This document shows positions 35,492-45,888 of a stretch of 64,000 bases of DNA, piece after piece. The stretch spans positions 61,558 through 125,557 of IMG/VR virus record IMGVR_UViG_3300043470_000217; one strand, 5' to 3'. The position numbers and the translations under genes are program-made. Below the pieces are notes generated by a model. That model was not told the DNA's origin and did no database searches. It worked only from the letters and a program-made list of their open reading frames with translations. This DNA comes from a virus. Numbering within the stretch: position 1 is the stretch's first letter; the number at the start of each line of letters is the position of its first letter.

Positions 35492-38239
35492 ATGCAACTT
35501 TTTAACGCACTGCAATTAAAAAATGGAGCAAAAGTAGAATACAATCGTATGTCTACTTTAACTCAACCTATACAGTTTATTCCTCGTAATGAAAAAAATG
35601 ATGACTGGGCTGCTCATAATCTTGACTGGCTAGAATGGCAGGGCATGAAGCAGTTGCGTAGAAATGCTAGAAGGCTTTCTAAGAACTATAAGCTTGCTAA
35701 AGGTATTATTGATAAAACAGATTATGTTGTTGAAGAGGATGTAGAATATGCAGAGTTAATTGATGTTCTTACTAAAGAGGATCAGTCTGCATTAGAGTTA
35801 AAGTTTTATCCTATTATCCCCAACGTAATTAACGTACTTGTATCTGAATTTGCTAAAAGAAATACTAGAGTTAGTTTCCGTGCTGTAGATGAGATCTCAT
35901 ATAATGAGTTATTAGAGCAGAAGAGAGCTATGGTTGAGCAGAAGTTATTAGCTGATGCTGAGCGTAAGATGGTGATGAGTATGATTGAACAGGGTGCTGA
36001 TTTAGAAGATCCTGAAATCCAGAAAGCATTATCTCCAGAAAATCTTAAATCATTACCTGAGATTGAACAGTTTTTCAAGAAAGATTATAGATCTATGCTA
36101 GAAGAATGGGCAGAACACCAAGCCCGTGTAGATGAAGAAAGATTTAAAATGGATGAACTTGAAGAAAGAGCTTTCCGTGATATGTTAATCACAGATAGAG
36201 AGTTCTGGCATTTCAAGATGAATGAGGATGATTATGAGATGGAGTTGTGGAATCCTTTAGTAACTTTCTATCATAAGTCTCCTGATGTAAGATATATCTC
36301 TCAGGGTAACTGGGTAGGTAAGATTGAGTTATATACTGTAGCAGATATTATTGACAAGTATGGTTACTTGATGACTGATGATCAGTTGCGTTCTATGGAG
36401 GCTATTTATCCTACAAGAGCTGCTGGTTATCCTTTAGAAGGTTATCAGAATGATGGATCATACTATGATGCTACTAAATCACATGAGTGGAATACTAATA
36501 TGCCTTCATTACAGTACAGACAGTTTATGTCTACCTGGGAGCAGAATAGTACAGCCGGTAATGATATTGTTAGTTACATCATGTCTGAGTCTGAAGACTA
36601 TGTAGATTATAAGAATACGGATATGTTACGTGTTGCTCATATCTATTGGAAGTCACAGCGTAAAGTAGGACACTTAACTAAGATTGATGAGAATGGTCAA
36701 GTAATTCAAGATGTTGTAGATGAGTCATATAAAATCACTCAAAAACCTTTGTATGATACTACACTATTTAAGAATAAGAATAAAGAGAATCTAATTGCTG
36801 GTGAGCATATAGATTGGATTTGGATTAATGAAGTATGGGGTGGTGTAAAGATTGGACCTAACTATCCTGCATACTTTGGTATGAATAATAATGCTGGTGG
36901 TATTAATCCAATCTACATTGGTATTAATGAATCAAAACCCGGACGTGTACCTTTCCAATTTAAAGGAGATGCTACACTGTACGGTTGTAAATTACCTGTA
37001 GAAGGATCTGTATTCTCAGATAGAAACACTAAGTCTACATCTCTTGTAGATTTGATGAAGCCTTATCAGATTGGTTATAACATTGTTAACAACCAGATTG
37101 CTGATATTCTTGTAGATGAGTTAGGTACTGTGATCATGTTAGATCAGAATGCTTTACCTAGACACTCATTGGGAGAAGATTGGGGAAAGAACAACTTGGC
37201 AAAAGCTTATGTTGCAATGAAGAACTTCCAGATGTTACCATTAGATACTTCTATCACTAACACTGAGAATGCTCTTAACTTCCAACATTACCAAGTATTA
37301 AACTTAGAACAAACACAACGTTTGATGTCTAGAACTCAATTAGCTAATTACTTTAAGCAACAAGCTTTTGAGGTCATAGGGATCACACCACAGCGTTTGG
37401 GAGAGCAAGTGGAGCAAGCTACCGCTACAGGCGTTAGAATGGCTGTATCAAACTCCTATGCACAAACTGAGACATATTTTATTAATCACTGTGATTACTT
37501 AATGCCTCGTGTGCATCAGATGCGTACAGACTTAGCTCAATACTATCAATCAACTAAGCCTTCTATCAGATTGCAGTATATCACTTCTACTGATGAAAAA
37601 GTTAATTTTGAGATGAATGGTACAGACTTATTGCTCAGAGATTTTAATATTTTCTGTACAACTAAGACAAATCATAGAGCTACGCTAGAACAATTGAAGC
37701 AATTAGCTCTTACAAATAACACTGCCGGTGCTTCTATCTATGATTTAGGTAATATCATGAAAGCTGAGTCTATCTCTGAAGTTACTCATATTCTTAAGTC
37801 TGCTGAAGAAAAGCAACAAGCTCAACGTCAGCAAGAAATGCAGCAACAACAAGCTATGCAAGAACAAGCTTTACAAGCTAAGAATCAAGAAACAATGATG
37901 AAGATGCAGTTTGAAGCTGAAGAGAATGAGAAGAACAGACAAAATGATATTGTAATTGCTGAAATTAGAGCTGCCGGTTATGGTGCTGCTGTAGATGTTA
38001 ACCAAAATCAGATGTCAGATTACCAGGATGCAATGAAAGATATCCGTAAGAGTGAAGAGTTTCAGCAACAGATGGATTTGAAAAAAGAATCTGCTGCTAC
38101 ACAGAAAGCTGTTAACATGGATAAGATGGCAATTGAGCGTGAAAAGCTAGCATCACAAAGGGAAATAGCTAATAAGCAATTAGAGATAGCTAGAACTAAT
38201 AAAACACAATACGAGATTAAACAGGATAATAAAAAGTAA
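35492..38239 (+). CDS. portal protein (crAss-like)
   Basis: 915 aa after TerL; FYPIIPNVINVL, SLVDLMKPYQ..YN, GITPQRLG, Gln-rich coiled-coil C-terminus. Confidence 0.85.
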   Translation: MQLFNALQLKNGAKVEYNRMSTLTQPIQFIPRNEKNDDWAAHNLDWLEWQGMKQLRRNARRLSKNYKLAKGIIDKTDYVVEEDVEYAELIDVLTKEDQSALELKFYPIIPNVINVLVSEFAKRNTRVSFRAVDEISYNELLEQKRAMVEQKLLADAERKMVMSMIEQGADLEDPEIQKALSPENLKSLPEIEQFFKKDYRSMLEEWAEHQARVDEERFKMDELEERAFRDMLITDREFWHFKMNEDDYEMELWNPLVTFYHKSPDVRYISQGNWVGKIELYTVADIIDKYGYLMTDDQLRSMEAIYPTRAAGYPLEGYQNDGSYYDATKSHEWNTNMPSLQYRQFMSTWEQNSTAGNDIVSYIMSESEDYVDYKNTDMLRVAHIYWKSQRKVGHLTKIDENGQVIQDVVDESYKITQKPLYDTTLFKNKNKENLIAGEHIDWIWINEVWGGVKIGPNYPAYFGMNNNAGGINPIYIGINESKPGRVPFQFKGDATLYGCKLPVEGSVFSDRNTKSTSLVDLMKPYQIGYNIVNNQIADILVDELGTVIMLDQNALPRHSLGEDWGKNNLAKAYVAMKNFQMLPLDTSITNTENALNFQHYQVLNLEQTQRLMSRTQLANYFKQQAFEVIGITPQRLGEQVEQATATGVRMAVSNSYAQTETYFINHCDYLMPRVHQMRTDLAQYYQSTKPSIRLQYITSTDEKVNFEMNGTDLLLRDFNIFCTTKTNHRATLEQLKQLALTNNTAGASIYDLGNIMKAESISEVTHILKSAEEKQQAQRQQEMQQQQAMQEQALQAKNQETMMKMQFEAEENEKNRQNDIVIAEIRAAGYGAAVDVNQNQMSDYQDAMKDIRKSEEFQQQMDLKKESAATQKAVNMDKMAIEREKLASQREIANKQLEIARTNKTQYEIKQDNKK

Positions 38240-38346
38240 TAGCCTTATATTACAAAAAATACAGCTTTAAAAACAAATTTTTAAAGTTTATAAAAAGTAA
38301 TATATTATATTCTTAATGTACACTACAAAATAAAATAACCAACTAT

Positions 38347-39570
38347 ATGAGTGAAACAAAACCAAATGAGCAAACCACCGTACAACAAGTAGATATCAAC
38401 ATAGATGATATCTTTGGTGGAGCTCCGGGAGCAGATAGTATTGTGCTGCCAACAGAGGAAGAAAAGAAACCCAGTTTTTTTTCAACCCCTAAAACAGATT
38501 TAACGTTCTTAGACAAACAAGAGGAGGATGAAGATGGAAATCTTAAGCCTGCTACTCAAACTGCTAATGACTTATTAAATGAGTTAACCAACGATGTTGA
38601 TGACTTAATTAATGAGGAGGAGTCACCCAAAGGAGGTAGACCTAAGGTAGATAAGAGTGGTATGGTAGAAACCTTCTCTAAACTAATTGAAGAGGGTGTA
38701 TTAATTGGCTTTGAAGATGAGAAGCCAATGGATGAATACTCTCTTAAAGATTGGAAGGAGCTCTTGCAAGCTAACTTTGAAGAAAAGGAGCGGGCAATTA
38801 AAGAGCAAACTCCAAAAGAGTTCTTTGAAGCACTTCCTGAAGAACTTCAGTATGCTGCACAATATGTAGCAAACGGAGGTAATGACCTTAAAGGTCTATT
38901 CAGTGCATTAGCTCAAGTAGAAGAGGTACGTGGTTTAGATCCAACAGATGAGATGGATCAGGAACAGATTGTACGTTCATACTTGCGTGCTACTGGATTT
39001 GGCAATGATGAGGAAATTGATGAGGAGATTGTAACTTGGAAAGACTTAGGTAAGCTAGAACAACAAGCTAATAAGTTTAAACCAAAGTTGGACAGAATGC
39101 AAGAGTCTATTGTAGCCCAAAAGATTGCTGAACAAGAGCAATTAAAGGCACAACAAGAACAAGCGGCATCAGCATATATGGATAACGTATATGAAGCCCT
39201 TAAGCCTTCAGAATTGTCCGGTATTAAGTTGGATAAGAAAACCCAGTCTATGTTATATGCTGGTCTTGTACAACCTAATTACCCATCTATTTCAGGAAGA
39301 AATACAAACCTATTGGGACATTTGTTAGAGAAGCATCAATTTGTAGAACCTAACTACCCATTAGTAGCTGAAGCACTATGGTTATTGGCTGATCCAGATG
39401 GATACAAGTCAAAGATTATGGAGCAAGGTAAGAATAAAGTAGTTGAAAACACTGTAAGGCAACTTAAAACAGAGCAGTCTAGAAAGATCTCTAGCACTGT
39501 AGCTGAAGAAAAAGAGGAACCTAAACAGCGTAAGATTGCAAGACAGACAAACATTTTTAAAAGATTTTAA
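38347..39570 (+). CDS. putative scaffolding protein
   Basis: Acidic helical protein between portal and major capsid genes. Confidence 0.65.
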   Translation: MSETKPNEQTTVQQVDINIDDIFGGAPGADSIVLPTEEEKKPSFFSTPKTDLTFLDKQEEDEDGNLKPATQTANDLLNELTNDVDDLINEEESPKGGRPKVDKSGMVETFSKLIEEGVLIGFEDEKPMDEYSLKDWKELLQANFEEKERAIKEQTPKEFFEALPEELQYAAQYVANGGNDLKGLFSALAQVEEVRGLDPTDEMDQEQIVRSYLRATGFGNDEEIDEEIVTWKDLGKLEQQANKFKPKLDRMQESIVAQKIAEQEQLKAQQEQAASAYMDNVYEALKPSELSGIKLDKKTQSMLYAGLVQPNYPSISGRNTNLLGHLLEKHQFVEPNYPLVAEALWLLADPDGYKSKIMEQGKNKVVENTVRQLKTEQSRKISSTVAEEKEEPKQRKIARQTNIFKRF

Positions 39571-39602
39571 CAACACAAACAACACAAAACAAATAAATAA
39601 TT

Positions 39603-41222
39603 ATGGCAACTCCAGTTTTAAACAATGGTATATTTCTGCGTGATACCAGCTACCAAGCTAGTTCTCACGTAGATTCATACCACCTCGTAAACATGCTGAA
39701 AAGCAGTGAACCTATGGATTTAGGTCCAGTAGACATTTGGGCTATGGCTCAAAAGGTTGAAATGCCTTTGTACCAGTTCTCTAGCTTTGGTGGCAAGAAC
39801 ATCATCAATGTAGACAACGCTCGTGGAGAGTACAAGTGGCAGGTTCCTGTTGCTCAAGATCTTCCTTACGTTGTAACTGACATTGATTCTACTAACACTA
39901 CTAAGGGTATTGATGGTACTACTTTCCAAGTAAAATTAAACAAGCGTATTTTTGGACATGGTGACATCGTTACTTATGACAAGTACAATGGTTTGGAAAT
40001 GTACATCACTGCTGATGACATTATCCCTACTGGTGATGGTTTCATCTACACTGTTCAATTGGTAAACAACAGCAATGGTGTTTCTTTGGACAATAAGTAC
40101 TTGGCTTCTGGTACTAAAATGTTCCGTAAAGGTTCTGCTCGTGGTGAATACGGTGAGCGTTTCTCTGATATCGGACACTATGGTGCTGGTTTCCGTGAAT
40201 TCTACAACTACGTAGGTGGTGCAGAAGCTCACGTACACTATTCAATTTCTAGCCGTGCTGACTTGATGTTGAAGGGTGGTTTGAACGCAGATGGTACTAT
40301 TCCTGTAACTGAAATCTGGCGTAACTTTGACAAGACTATGGATCCTTCTGTAACTAGCTTGGAGTCTATGGTACAAACTATGGGTAAAGATGCAGTTAAG
40401 CGTGCGTTTGACAATGGTAACTTGACCCGTACTTTCTTGACTACAATGGAAGCAGCTCACTTGACTAAAGTAGCTAATGACATTGAGACCTACTTGATGT
40501 GGGGACAAGGTGGTAAGATTAAGCAAGATGGTCCAGATGATATCCGCTTATCAGTGGGTCTTTGGAAGCAGTTGGATAACAGCTTTAAGCGTGTATACAA
40601 CAAGTCTAGCTTCAACTTGGATTTGTTCAAGTCTGAAATCTATAACTTCTACTTGGGTAAGGTTGACTTCCAAGGTCCAGATCCTAAGCGTCAGTTGATT
40701 GTTCAAACTGGTATGGGTGGTATGAAGTTGGTTAACGAAGCAATTAAGAAAGAGGCTATCCAGTCTGGTATGATCATCAATGCTCAAGAAATTGGTGCTA
40801 TTACTGGTAAGGGAATGGACTTGAACTTTGGATTTGCTTACACCAGCTATGTAATTCCTTTCTTGGCTAACGTTAAGTTTGTATTGAACCCTGCATTTGA
40901 CAACTTGCACACTAACGATATTGAAAACCCCTTGATTGATGGTTTCCCATTGTCTTCTTACAACTACATCATTTTTGATATCACTGATAACACTAATGAT
41001 AACATCTTCATGTTGAAATTGTCTTGGGACAATCAATTGAAGTGGTTCTACCAAAATGGTACTATGGATTACATGGGACGTACTCAAGGCTTCCAAAGCT
41101 CTGGTCAGTTCAATGGATACCGTGTATACATGAGCCAAACAATGCCTGCGATCTGGGTGAAGGACCCAACGAAAGTTCTCAAAATTGTGATGAGAAACCC
41201 AATCACCGGAGGAAGCTTTTGA
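39603..41222 (+). CDS. major capsid protein (crAss-like)
   Basis: Synteny, strong codon bias, E..LMWG, GLWKQL, TG.GG motifs. Confidence 0.85.
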   Translation: MATPVLNNGIFLRDTSYQASSHVDSYHLVNMLKSSEPMDLGPVDIWAMAQKVEMPLYQFSSFGGKNIINVDNARGEYKWQVPVAQDLPYVVTDIDSTNTTKGIDGTTFQVKLNKRIFGHGDIVTYDKYNGLEMYITADDIIPTGDGFIYTVQLVNNSNGVSLDNKYLASGTKMFRKGSARGEYGERFSDIGHYGAGFREFYNYVGGAEAHVHYSISSRADLMLKGGLNADGTIPVTEIWRNFDKTMDPSVTSLESMVQTMGKDAVKRAFDNGNLTRTFLTTMEAAHLTKVANDIETYLMWGQGGKIKQDGPDDIRLSVGLWKQLDNSFKRVYNKSSFNLDLFKSEIYNFYLGKVDFQGPDPKRQLIVQTGMGGMKLVNEAIKKEAIQSGMIINAQEIGAITGKGMDLNFGFAYTSYVIPFLANVKFVLNPAFDNLHTNDIENPLIDGFPLSSYNYIIFDITDNTNDNIFMLKLSWDNQLKWFYQNGTMDYMGRTQGFQSSGQFNGYRVYMSQTMPAIWVKDPTKVLKIVMRNPITGGSF

Positions 41223-41353
41223 TGACTATCACTGGGTTACAGCGTTAATAACAAAAATTAAAATTGTAACAGCTAACCACAAAACGCCTGTTAAGTGGAT
41301 AAAAATAGCAAATAACTCTAGGTTCTTTAACATACTTAACTTATCTTTGAAAT

Positions 41354-42148
41354 ATGAGAAAGTTAAATTTAGAAGAACCTAGAGTTCAACAGGCAGTTGA
41401 TCTTTACAAGTCAGGTCTTGCAATAAGACCAATATGCAAAGAATTAAATATGGATGGTGAGGCTCTTAGTAATGTTCTTAAACAGTTAGGTATTTACAGG
41501 AGTAGATCTCAAGCTATCCGAAATGGAAAAGGGCATGGTCAAATTAATGATCATGCCTTTTCTATTTTAACCCCGGAAGCATTGTACTGGATAGGTTATT
41601 TATTTGCTGATGGGCATATAGAAAAATCTAGGCCCCGGATTACAATTACCACCACTAAAGAAGATGAGGAGCAAATGATTAATTTTGCTAAGTATGTAAA
41701 TGCTAATGTTACATATCTTAAAAATGATTATATCCGGGTTGCATTTACAAGCCAAGAGATATATGATAAATTAGTTAGTTTAAATTTTAATAATAGAAAG
41801 AGTTATGAAATAGTTGTACATCCCCTACTCAAGTACTCTAGAGACTTCTGGAGAGGTTGTGTAGATGGAGATGGTTGGGTGTTTAAAACCAAGTATCCGG
41901 TTATAGGATTATGTGGGTTACAAAACACAATACAAGGCTTTATAGAGTTTCTAAACCTTAATGCTATAGATACTAAACAAGTACCTAATAAAGTAAAGAA
42001 GAGGGAGAGTTTGTATAAATGTGATTTTAAATGTAAAAAAGCAATTGCTATTACAGATTTACTATACAAAGACTCTACTGTATACCTACAACGTAAATAT
42101 GATACTTACCGGGACTTTTTAAATTTTTCAGAAGAAGAACTAGTTTGA
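41354..42148 (+). mobile_element. free-standing LAGLIDADG homing endonuclease
   Basis: WIGYLFADGHI and FWRGCVDGDG motifs, YLQRK end; own TATCTTTG promoter at 41342-41349. Confidence 0.85.
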
Positions 42149-42166
42149 TAATAAGAATTATATTAA

Positions 42167-42180
42167 GTATATTATAATAG
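42167..42180 (+). promoter_or_regulatory. putative late promoter GTATATTATAATAG
   Basis: Identical copy at 45274-45287; variants at 54802, 61719, 38301, 29708 and 7085, all upstream of plus-strand genes. Confidence 0.55.
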
Positions 42181-42192
42181 AAGAGTACTATC

Positions 42193-44901
42193 ATGCCTTT
42201 AGAAAGATTCATACCCAAATCACCTGATATGTTTATTAGAAACAGTCAGGATTTTGAAGTTGCCAAATTTGGGCATCTTAATGCCATTGTTGAATATATC
42301 AATAACAATTCTGGTGGTTTAAAATTATCCGGTAATGGTTTTATATCTGTTACAGTAAAAACTGTACTAGATCCTGCTGGAAATACTACACCATTAAGAA
42401 TGTCTAGTTCTTCTATTACCAATTATGGTGGAGGATCTATTGATACTAATACAGCATTTGGTGCTAGTGCATTAGGTAGAAACTCAACAGGAGCTAATAA
42501 TACAGCTTTTGGTCTATCTGCTATTTATAATAATACAACCGGAAATAATAATACTGGTGTTGGTTATTTATCATTAGCATTTAATAATGGTTCTAATAAC
42601 GTAGCGCTTGGTTATCGTGCTCTAACTACTAACACAAGTGGCGCAGATAATATAGCCATTGGAGTTGATGCTGCTTATTCTGCTACTACAGGTAACCAAA
42701 GAGTTGCTATTGGTACAGAAGCATTATACTCAGCTACCACAACTTCACAACAAGTTGCTATTGGACATCAATCAGCAAAGTTTGTAGTTAGTAGTTCTTT
42801 GGTTGCTATTGGAGCTTATTCTGCTAATGTTGCGGTTAACGTTGTTTCATCAATAGTTATTGGCTATGCAGCAATGGGTAACAGTTCTTCTGCATCTACC
42901 GTTGATAGTGCTACTATTATAGGATACCAAGCAGGTCGTTATATGGAAGGTGGTCAGTATAATACTGCAATAGGTCATGTTGCTATGAGTGGTTCTACTA
43001 CCTTAAAAAATACAGGGGGTAGAAATACTGCTATTGGATGGTCTGCCCTAAGATTTAATACGACAGGTGCAAATAATACCGCTATAGGAGCAATTGCTAA
43101 TCAATTTAATACAACAGGTATTCAGAATGTCTCTATAGGAGATAGTTCTTTAGTACAAAACACTACTGGATCAAATAACGTAGCAGTTGGTGTTTTAGCA
43201 ATAAACTTAAATTCTACTGGAAGTAACAACGTTGCTGTGGGTACTAGTGCTTTACAATCTAATACAGCATCTAACAATACTGCTATGGGGTATCAAGCAG
43301 GGTTTAGTAATACTAGTGGGATTGGCTTGACAGCGTTAGGATATGCCGCAGGTAGAGGTAACACCACAGGAACTGAAAATACTGCTGTAGGATATAACGT
43401 ATTGCTAAATAATAGCACAGGGAGTTATAATAGTGGAGTAGGTTATGGGGCGTTATTAGGAACAACAGGAAATAGTAATACTGCTGTTGGCAATGGTGCA
43501 GGTTTTCAAGTAACTACAGGTTCGGGTAATACCATTATGGGGCATAACGCACTTAACGTAGGTGGTTCTGCTTCAAACAATACTGCATTAGGTTATTACG
43601 CATTATTTTCCAACATCGCCTCTAACAATACTGCTGTCGGCTATCAAGCAGGGTTTAGCAATACAAGTGGTTTTGCAAACGTTGCAGTTGGTTATTTAAC
43701 ATTTTATTCAAATACTACAGGTAGTTGGAACGCAGCTGTAGGTCAACAAGCGTTAACTTCTAATAGTACTGGAACTGCTAATAGTGCTTTTGGATATCGT
43801 GCTTCTACATCAAACACAACAGGACAAAGTAATGTAGCAATTGGTTACGCTGCATTACATAGTAATAGTACTGGTAACAATAATACAATAGTTGGTACAT
43901 CTTCTATGTATTTAGGTGCAGGTTCTAATATTACAGCAGTTGGTACGTCAGCTTTATATCAAAATACTGGAAACAATAATACTGCAGTTGGTTTTGAAGC
44001 AGGTTATAGTAATACGAGTGGGGGTGCTTTAACTGCTTTAGGTTATGAAGCAGCTCGTAATAATACAACAGGCGCAGATATTACTGCCGTGGGCTATCAA
44101 GCCTTAAGAGCGAATACAACAGGTAGTTATAATACTGCTATTGGTGTACTTGCTCTTTCAGGAAATACAACAGGTGGTGCTAACACAAGTATTGGTGAGT
44201 TATCTTTAACTGCAAACACTACAGGTGGAAATAACGTAGCGGCAGGTTTTCAAGCAGCATATAATAATACGAGTGGTTCTTATAGTGTTATTTATGGTAT
44301 GGGTGCTGCATATTCAAATACAACAGGTTCTGAGAATACTATTATTGGACCACAAGCGGCATATTTTAACGTAACTGGAGGACAAAATGTTGCAGTAGGG
44401 CATACTGCACTATATAATAATACATCTAGTGGAAATACAGCAGTGGGTTATAAAGCAGCAAGAGGAAGTACAACTGGAATACAATTGACCGCAATTGGTA
44501 ATGGTGCGCTACAAAATTTAACCACAGGTGGAGCTAATACTGCTTTAGGTTATGTTGCTTTAAATGCTAATACAACAGGTTCATACAATATAGGTATAGG
44601 TAGTTCTGCACTTCAATCTAATACAACTGGTTCTGTAAATGTAGCTGTTGGTCATGGTGCAGGAAGTGATAATACAACGGGAGGAGATAATACAATAGTA
44701 GGACATGGTGCAAATACAGGTAATTTTAGTGGTTCTATTATTTTAGGAAAAGGCGCAACAGCAACTGCGGCAAACCAATTTGTAGTAGGTGCTGTAGGAA
44801 CACCCGCAGGTACTATAGATACAGCAGCAGTAACTCCTACACAAAGATGGAAAGTAAAAATTAATGGTGTAGACTACTATATTGCTTTACAACCAGCTTA
44901 A
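42193..44901 (+). CDS. fibre protein: AKFGHLN N-terminal module + long YadA-head-like beta-roll repeats
   Basis: ~14-aa NTAxGxxALxxNTTG repeats. Confidence 0.75.
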   Translation: MPLERFIPKSPDMFIRNSQDFEVAKFGHLNAIVEYINNNSGGLKLSGNGFISVTVKTVLDPAGNTTPLRMSSSSITNYGGGSIDTNTAFGASALGRNSTGANNTAFGLSAIYNNTTGNNNTGVGYLSLAFNNGSNNVALGYRALTTNTSGADNIAIGVDAAYSATTGNQRVAIGTEALYSATTTSQQVAIGHQSAKFVVSSSLVAIGAYSANVAVNVVSSIVIGYAAMGNSSSASTVDSATIIGYQAGRYMEGGQYNTAIGHVAMSGSTTLKNTGGRNTAIGWSALRFNTTGANNTAIGAIANQFNTTGIQNVSIGDSSLVQNTTGSNNVAVGVLAINLNSTGSNNVAVGTSALQSNTASNNTAMGYQAGFSNTSGIGLTALGYAAGRGNTTGTENTAVGYNVLLNNSTGSYNSGVGYGALLGTTGNSNTAVGNGAGFQVTTGSGNTIMGHNALNVGGSASNNTALGYYALFSNIASNNTAVGYQAGFSNTSGFANVAVGYLTFYSNTTGSWNAAVGQQALTSNSTGTANSAFGYRASTSNTTGQSNVAIGYAALHSNSTGNNNTIVGTSSMYLGAGSNITAVGTSALYQNTGNNNTAVGFEAGYSNTSGGALTALGYEAARNNTTGADITAVGYQALRANTTGSYNTAIGVLALSGNTTGGANTSIGELSLTANTTGGNNVAAGFQAAYNNTSGSYSVIYGMGAAYSNTTGSENTIIGPQAAYFNVTGGQNVAVGHTALYNNTSSGNTAVGYKAARGSTTGIQLTAIGNGALQNLTTGGANTALGYVALNANTTGSYNIGIGSSALQSNTTGSVNVAVGHGAGSDNTTGGDNTIVGHGANTGNFSGSIILGKGATATAANQFVVGAVGTPAGTIDTAAVTPTQRWKVKINGVDYYIALQPA

Positions 44902-44934
44902 TAAATAAAACAAAAAAATATAAAATATAAAATT

Positions 44935-45261
44935 ATGACAACTTATAATTGGACAATTACTAATCTCTACACCAAGACTGTAGATGGATTACAAGATTAC
45001 GTAGTAACTGCTATGTACAACGTAGAAGGTGTAGATGGAGAATTCTCTTCTACTGTTAACGGAAGTCAAATGTTTACTGTAAAAGAAGGACAAGACTTTA
45101 CCCCATATTCTGAATTAACTAACGAGACTCTTGTTGAGTGGATTAAAGAAGAGTTAGGTGAGAATGGTATTCTTTCTATTACTGCTTGCATTGATGGACA
45201 GATTGAGTCTCAAAAGAACCCTCCTGTAGTTCCACAAAATACCCCTTTGCCTTGGGCTTAA
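44935..45261 (+). CDS. small fibre-associated protein
   Basis: TYNWTI...FTPYSELT..W...LPW pattern, seen next to phage fibre genes. Confidence 0.6.
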   Translation: MTTYNWTITNLYTKTVDGLQDYVVTAMYNVEGVDGEFSSTVNGSQMFTVKEGQDFTPYSELTNETLVEWIKEELGENGILSITACIDGQIESQKNPPVVPQNTPLPWA

Positions 45262-45305
45262 GGATTATATTTTGTATATTATAATAGAAAGAAAAAATAA
45301 ATAAA

Positions 45306-45884
45306 ATGGCAATAGGAAAATTTGTTGTGTTAAACCCTGATAGATGGGTTACTGGTTTAGGTAAAACGGCTGCTGATAGTACACAGGCACGTTTTGGTCA
45401 CTTAAACCGGATTGTTGATTATATCAATGAGCACGTAGAAGAAAAAATGTTACGTACAGTTAGCTTAAATGCTGCTGCTACTGCTGAATTATATAGAGAG
45501 ACTGATCCGGTATTGTTATCAATTCCTGCAACTTCTTTCTTAGTTGGAGCAACTAACTACTTAGTACCTGTTAGCAATAACTGTGCATGGTCTGTTACTG
45601 TAGATTTTACTGCGGTATGTAGCACTGCCGGTGGTAGTGTATCTTTAGGAGATTCTTTTTTAGGTAAGTACACTGTATTGTTCAAGCGTGTTAATGGTAC
45701 TGCTTCTGTAGTAGGAATTAACGGTGCAGTAACTGTAGCTGATGCAAGTATGGAAACTTCTCAGGTATTATTTACTGCTGGTGCATCTCAAGATTTCCGT
45801 ATTCAGTTTCAAGCTCCTAGCACTGCTAGTGGAACAGGCTTTAAATTGAGAGCGGATGTATATTTCACTGAATTAACTTTCTAA
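45306..45884 (+). CDS. structural protein with ARFGHLN N-terminal module
   Basis: PDRW...ARFGHLNRIVDYIN followed by a beta-sandwich-like domain. Confidence 0.65.
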   Translation: MAIGKFVVLNPDRWVTGLGKTAADSTQARFGHLNRIVDYINEHVEEKMLRTVSLNAAATAELYRETDPVLLSIPATSFLVGATNYLVPVSNNCAWSVTVDFTAVCSTAGGSVSLGDSFLGKYTVLFKRVNGTASVVGINGAVTVADASMETSQVLFTAGASQDFRIQFQAPSTASGTGFKLRADVYFTELTF

Positions 45885-45888
45885 TATC

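Noticed and set aside
39720-41138. Several antisense ORFs within the major capsid gene (also within 54838 and 57491)
   Set aside because: Shadow frames produced by strong codon bias on the sense strand
32603-42148. Group I introns or inteins in terL, portal or MCP
   Set aside because: All three read as continuous ORFs; both endonucleases lie between genes and I saw no intron core or intein termini
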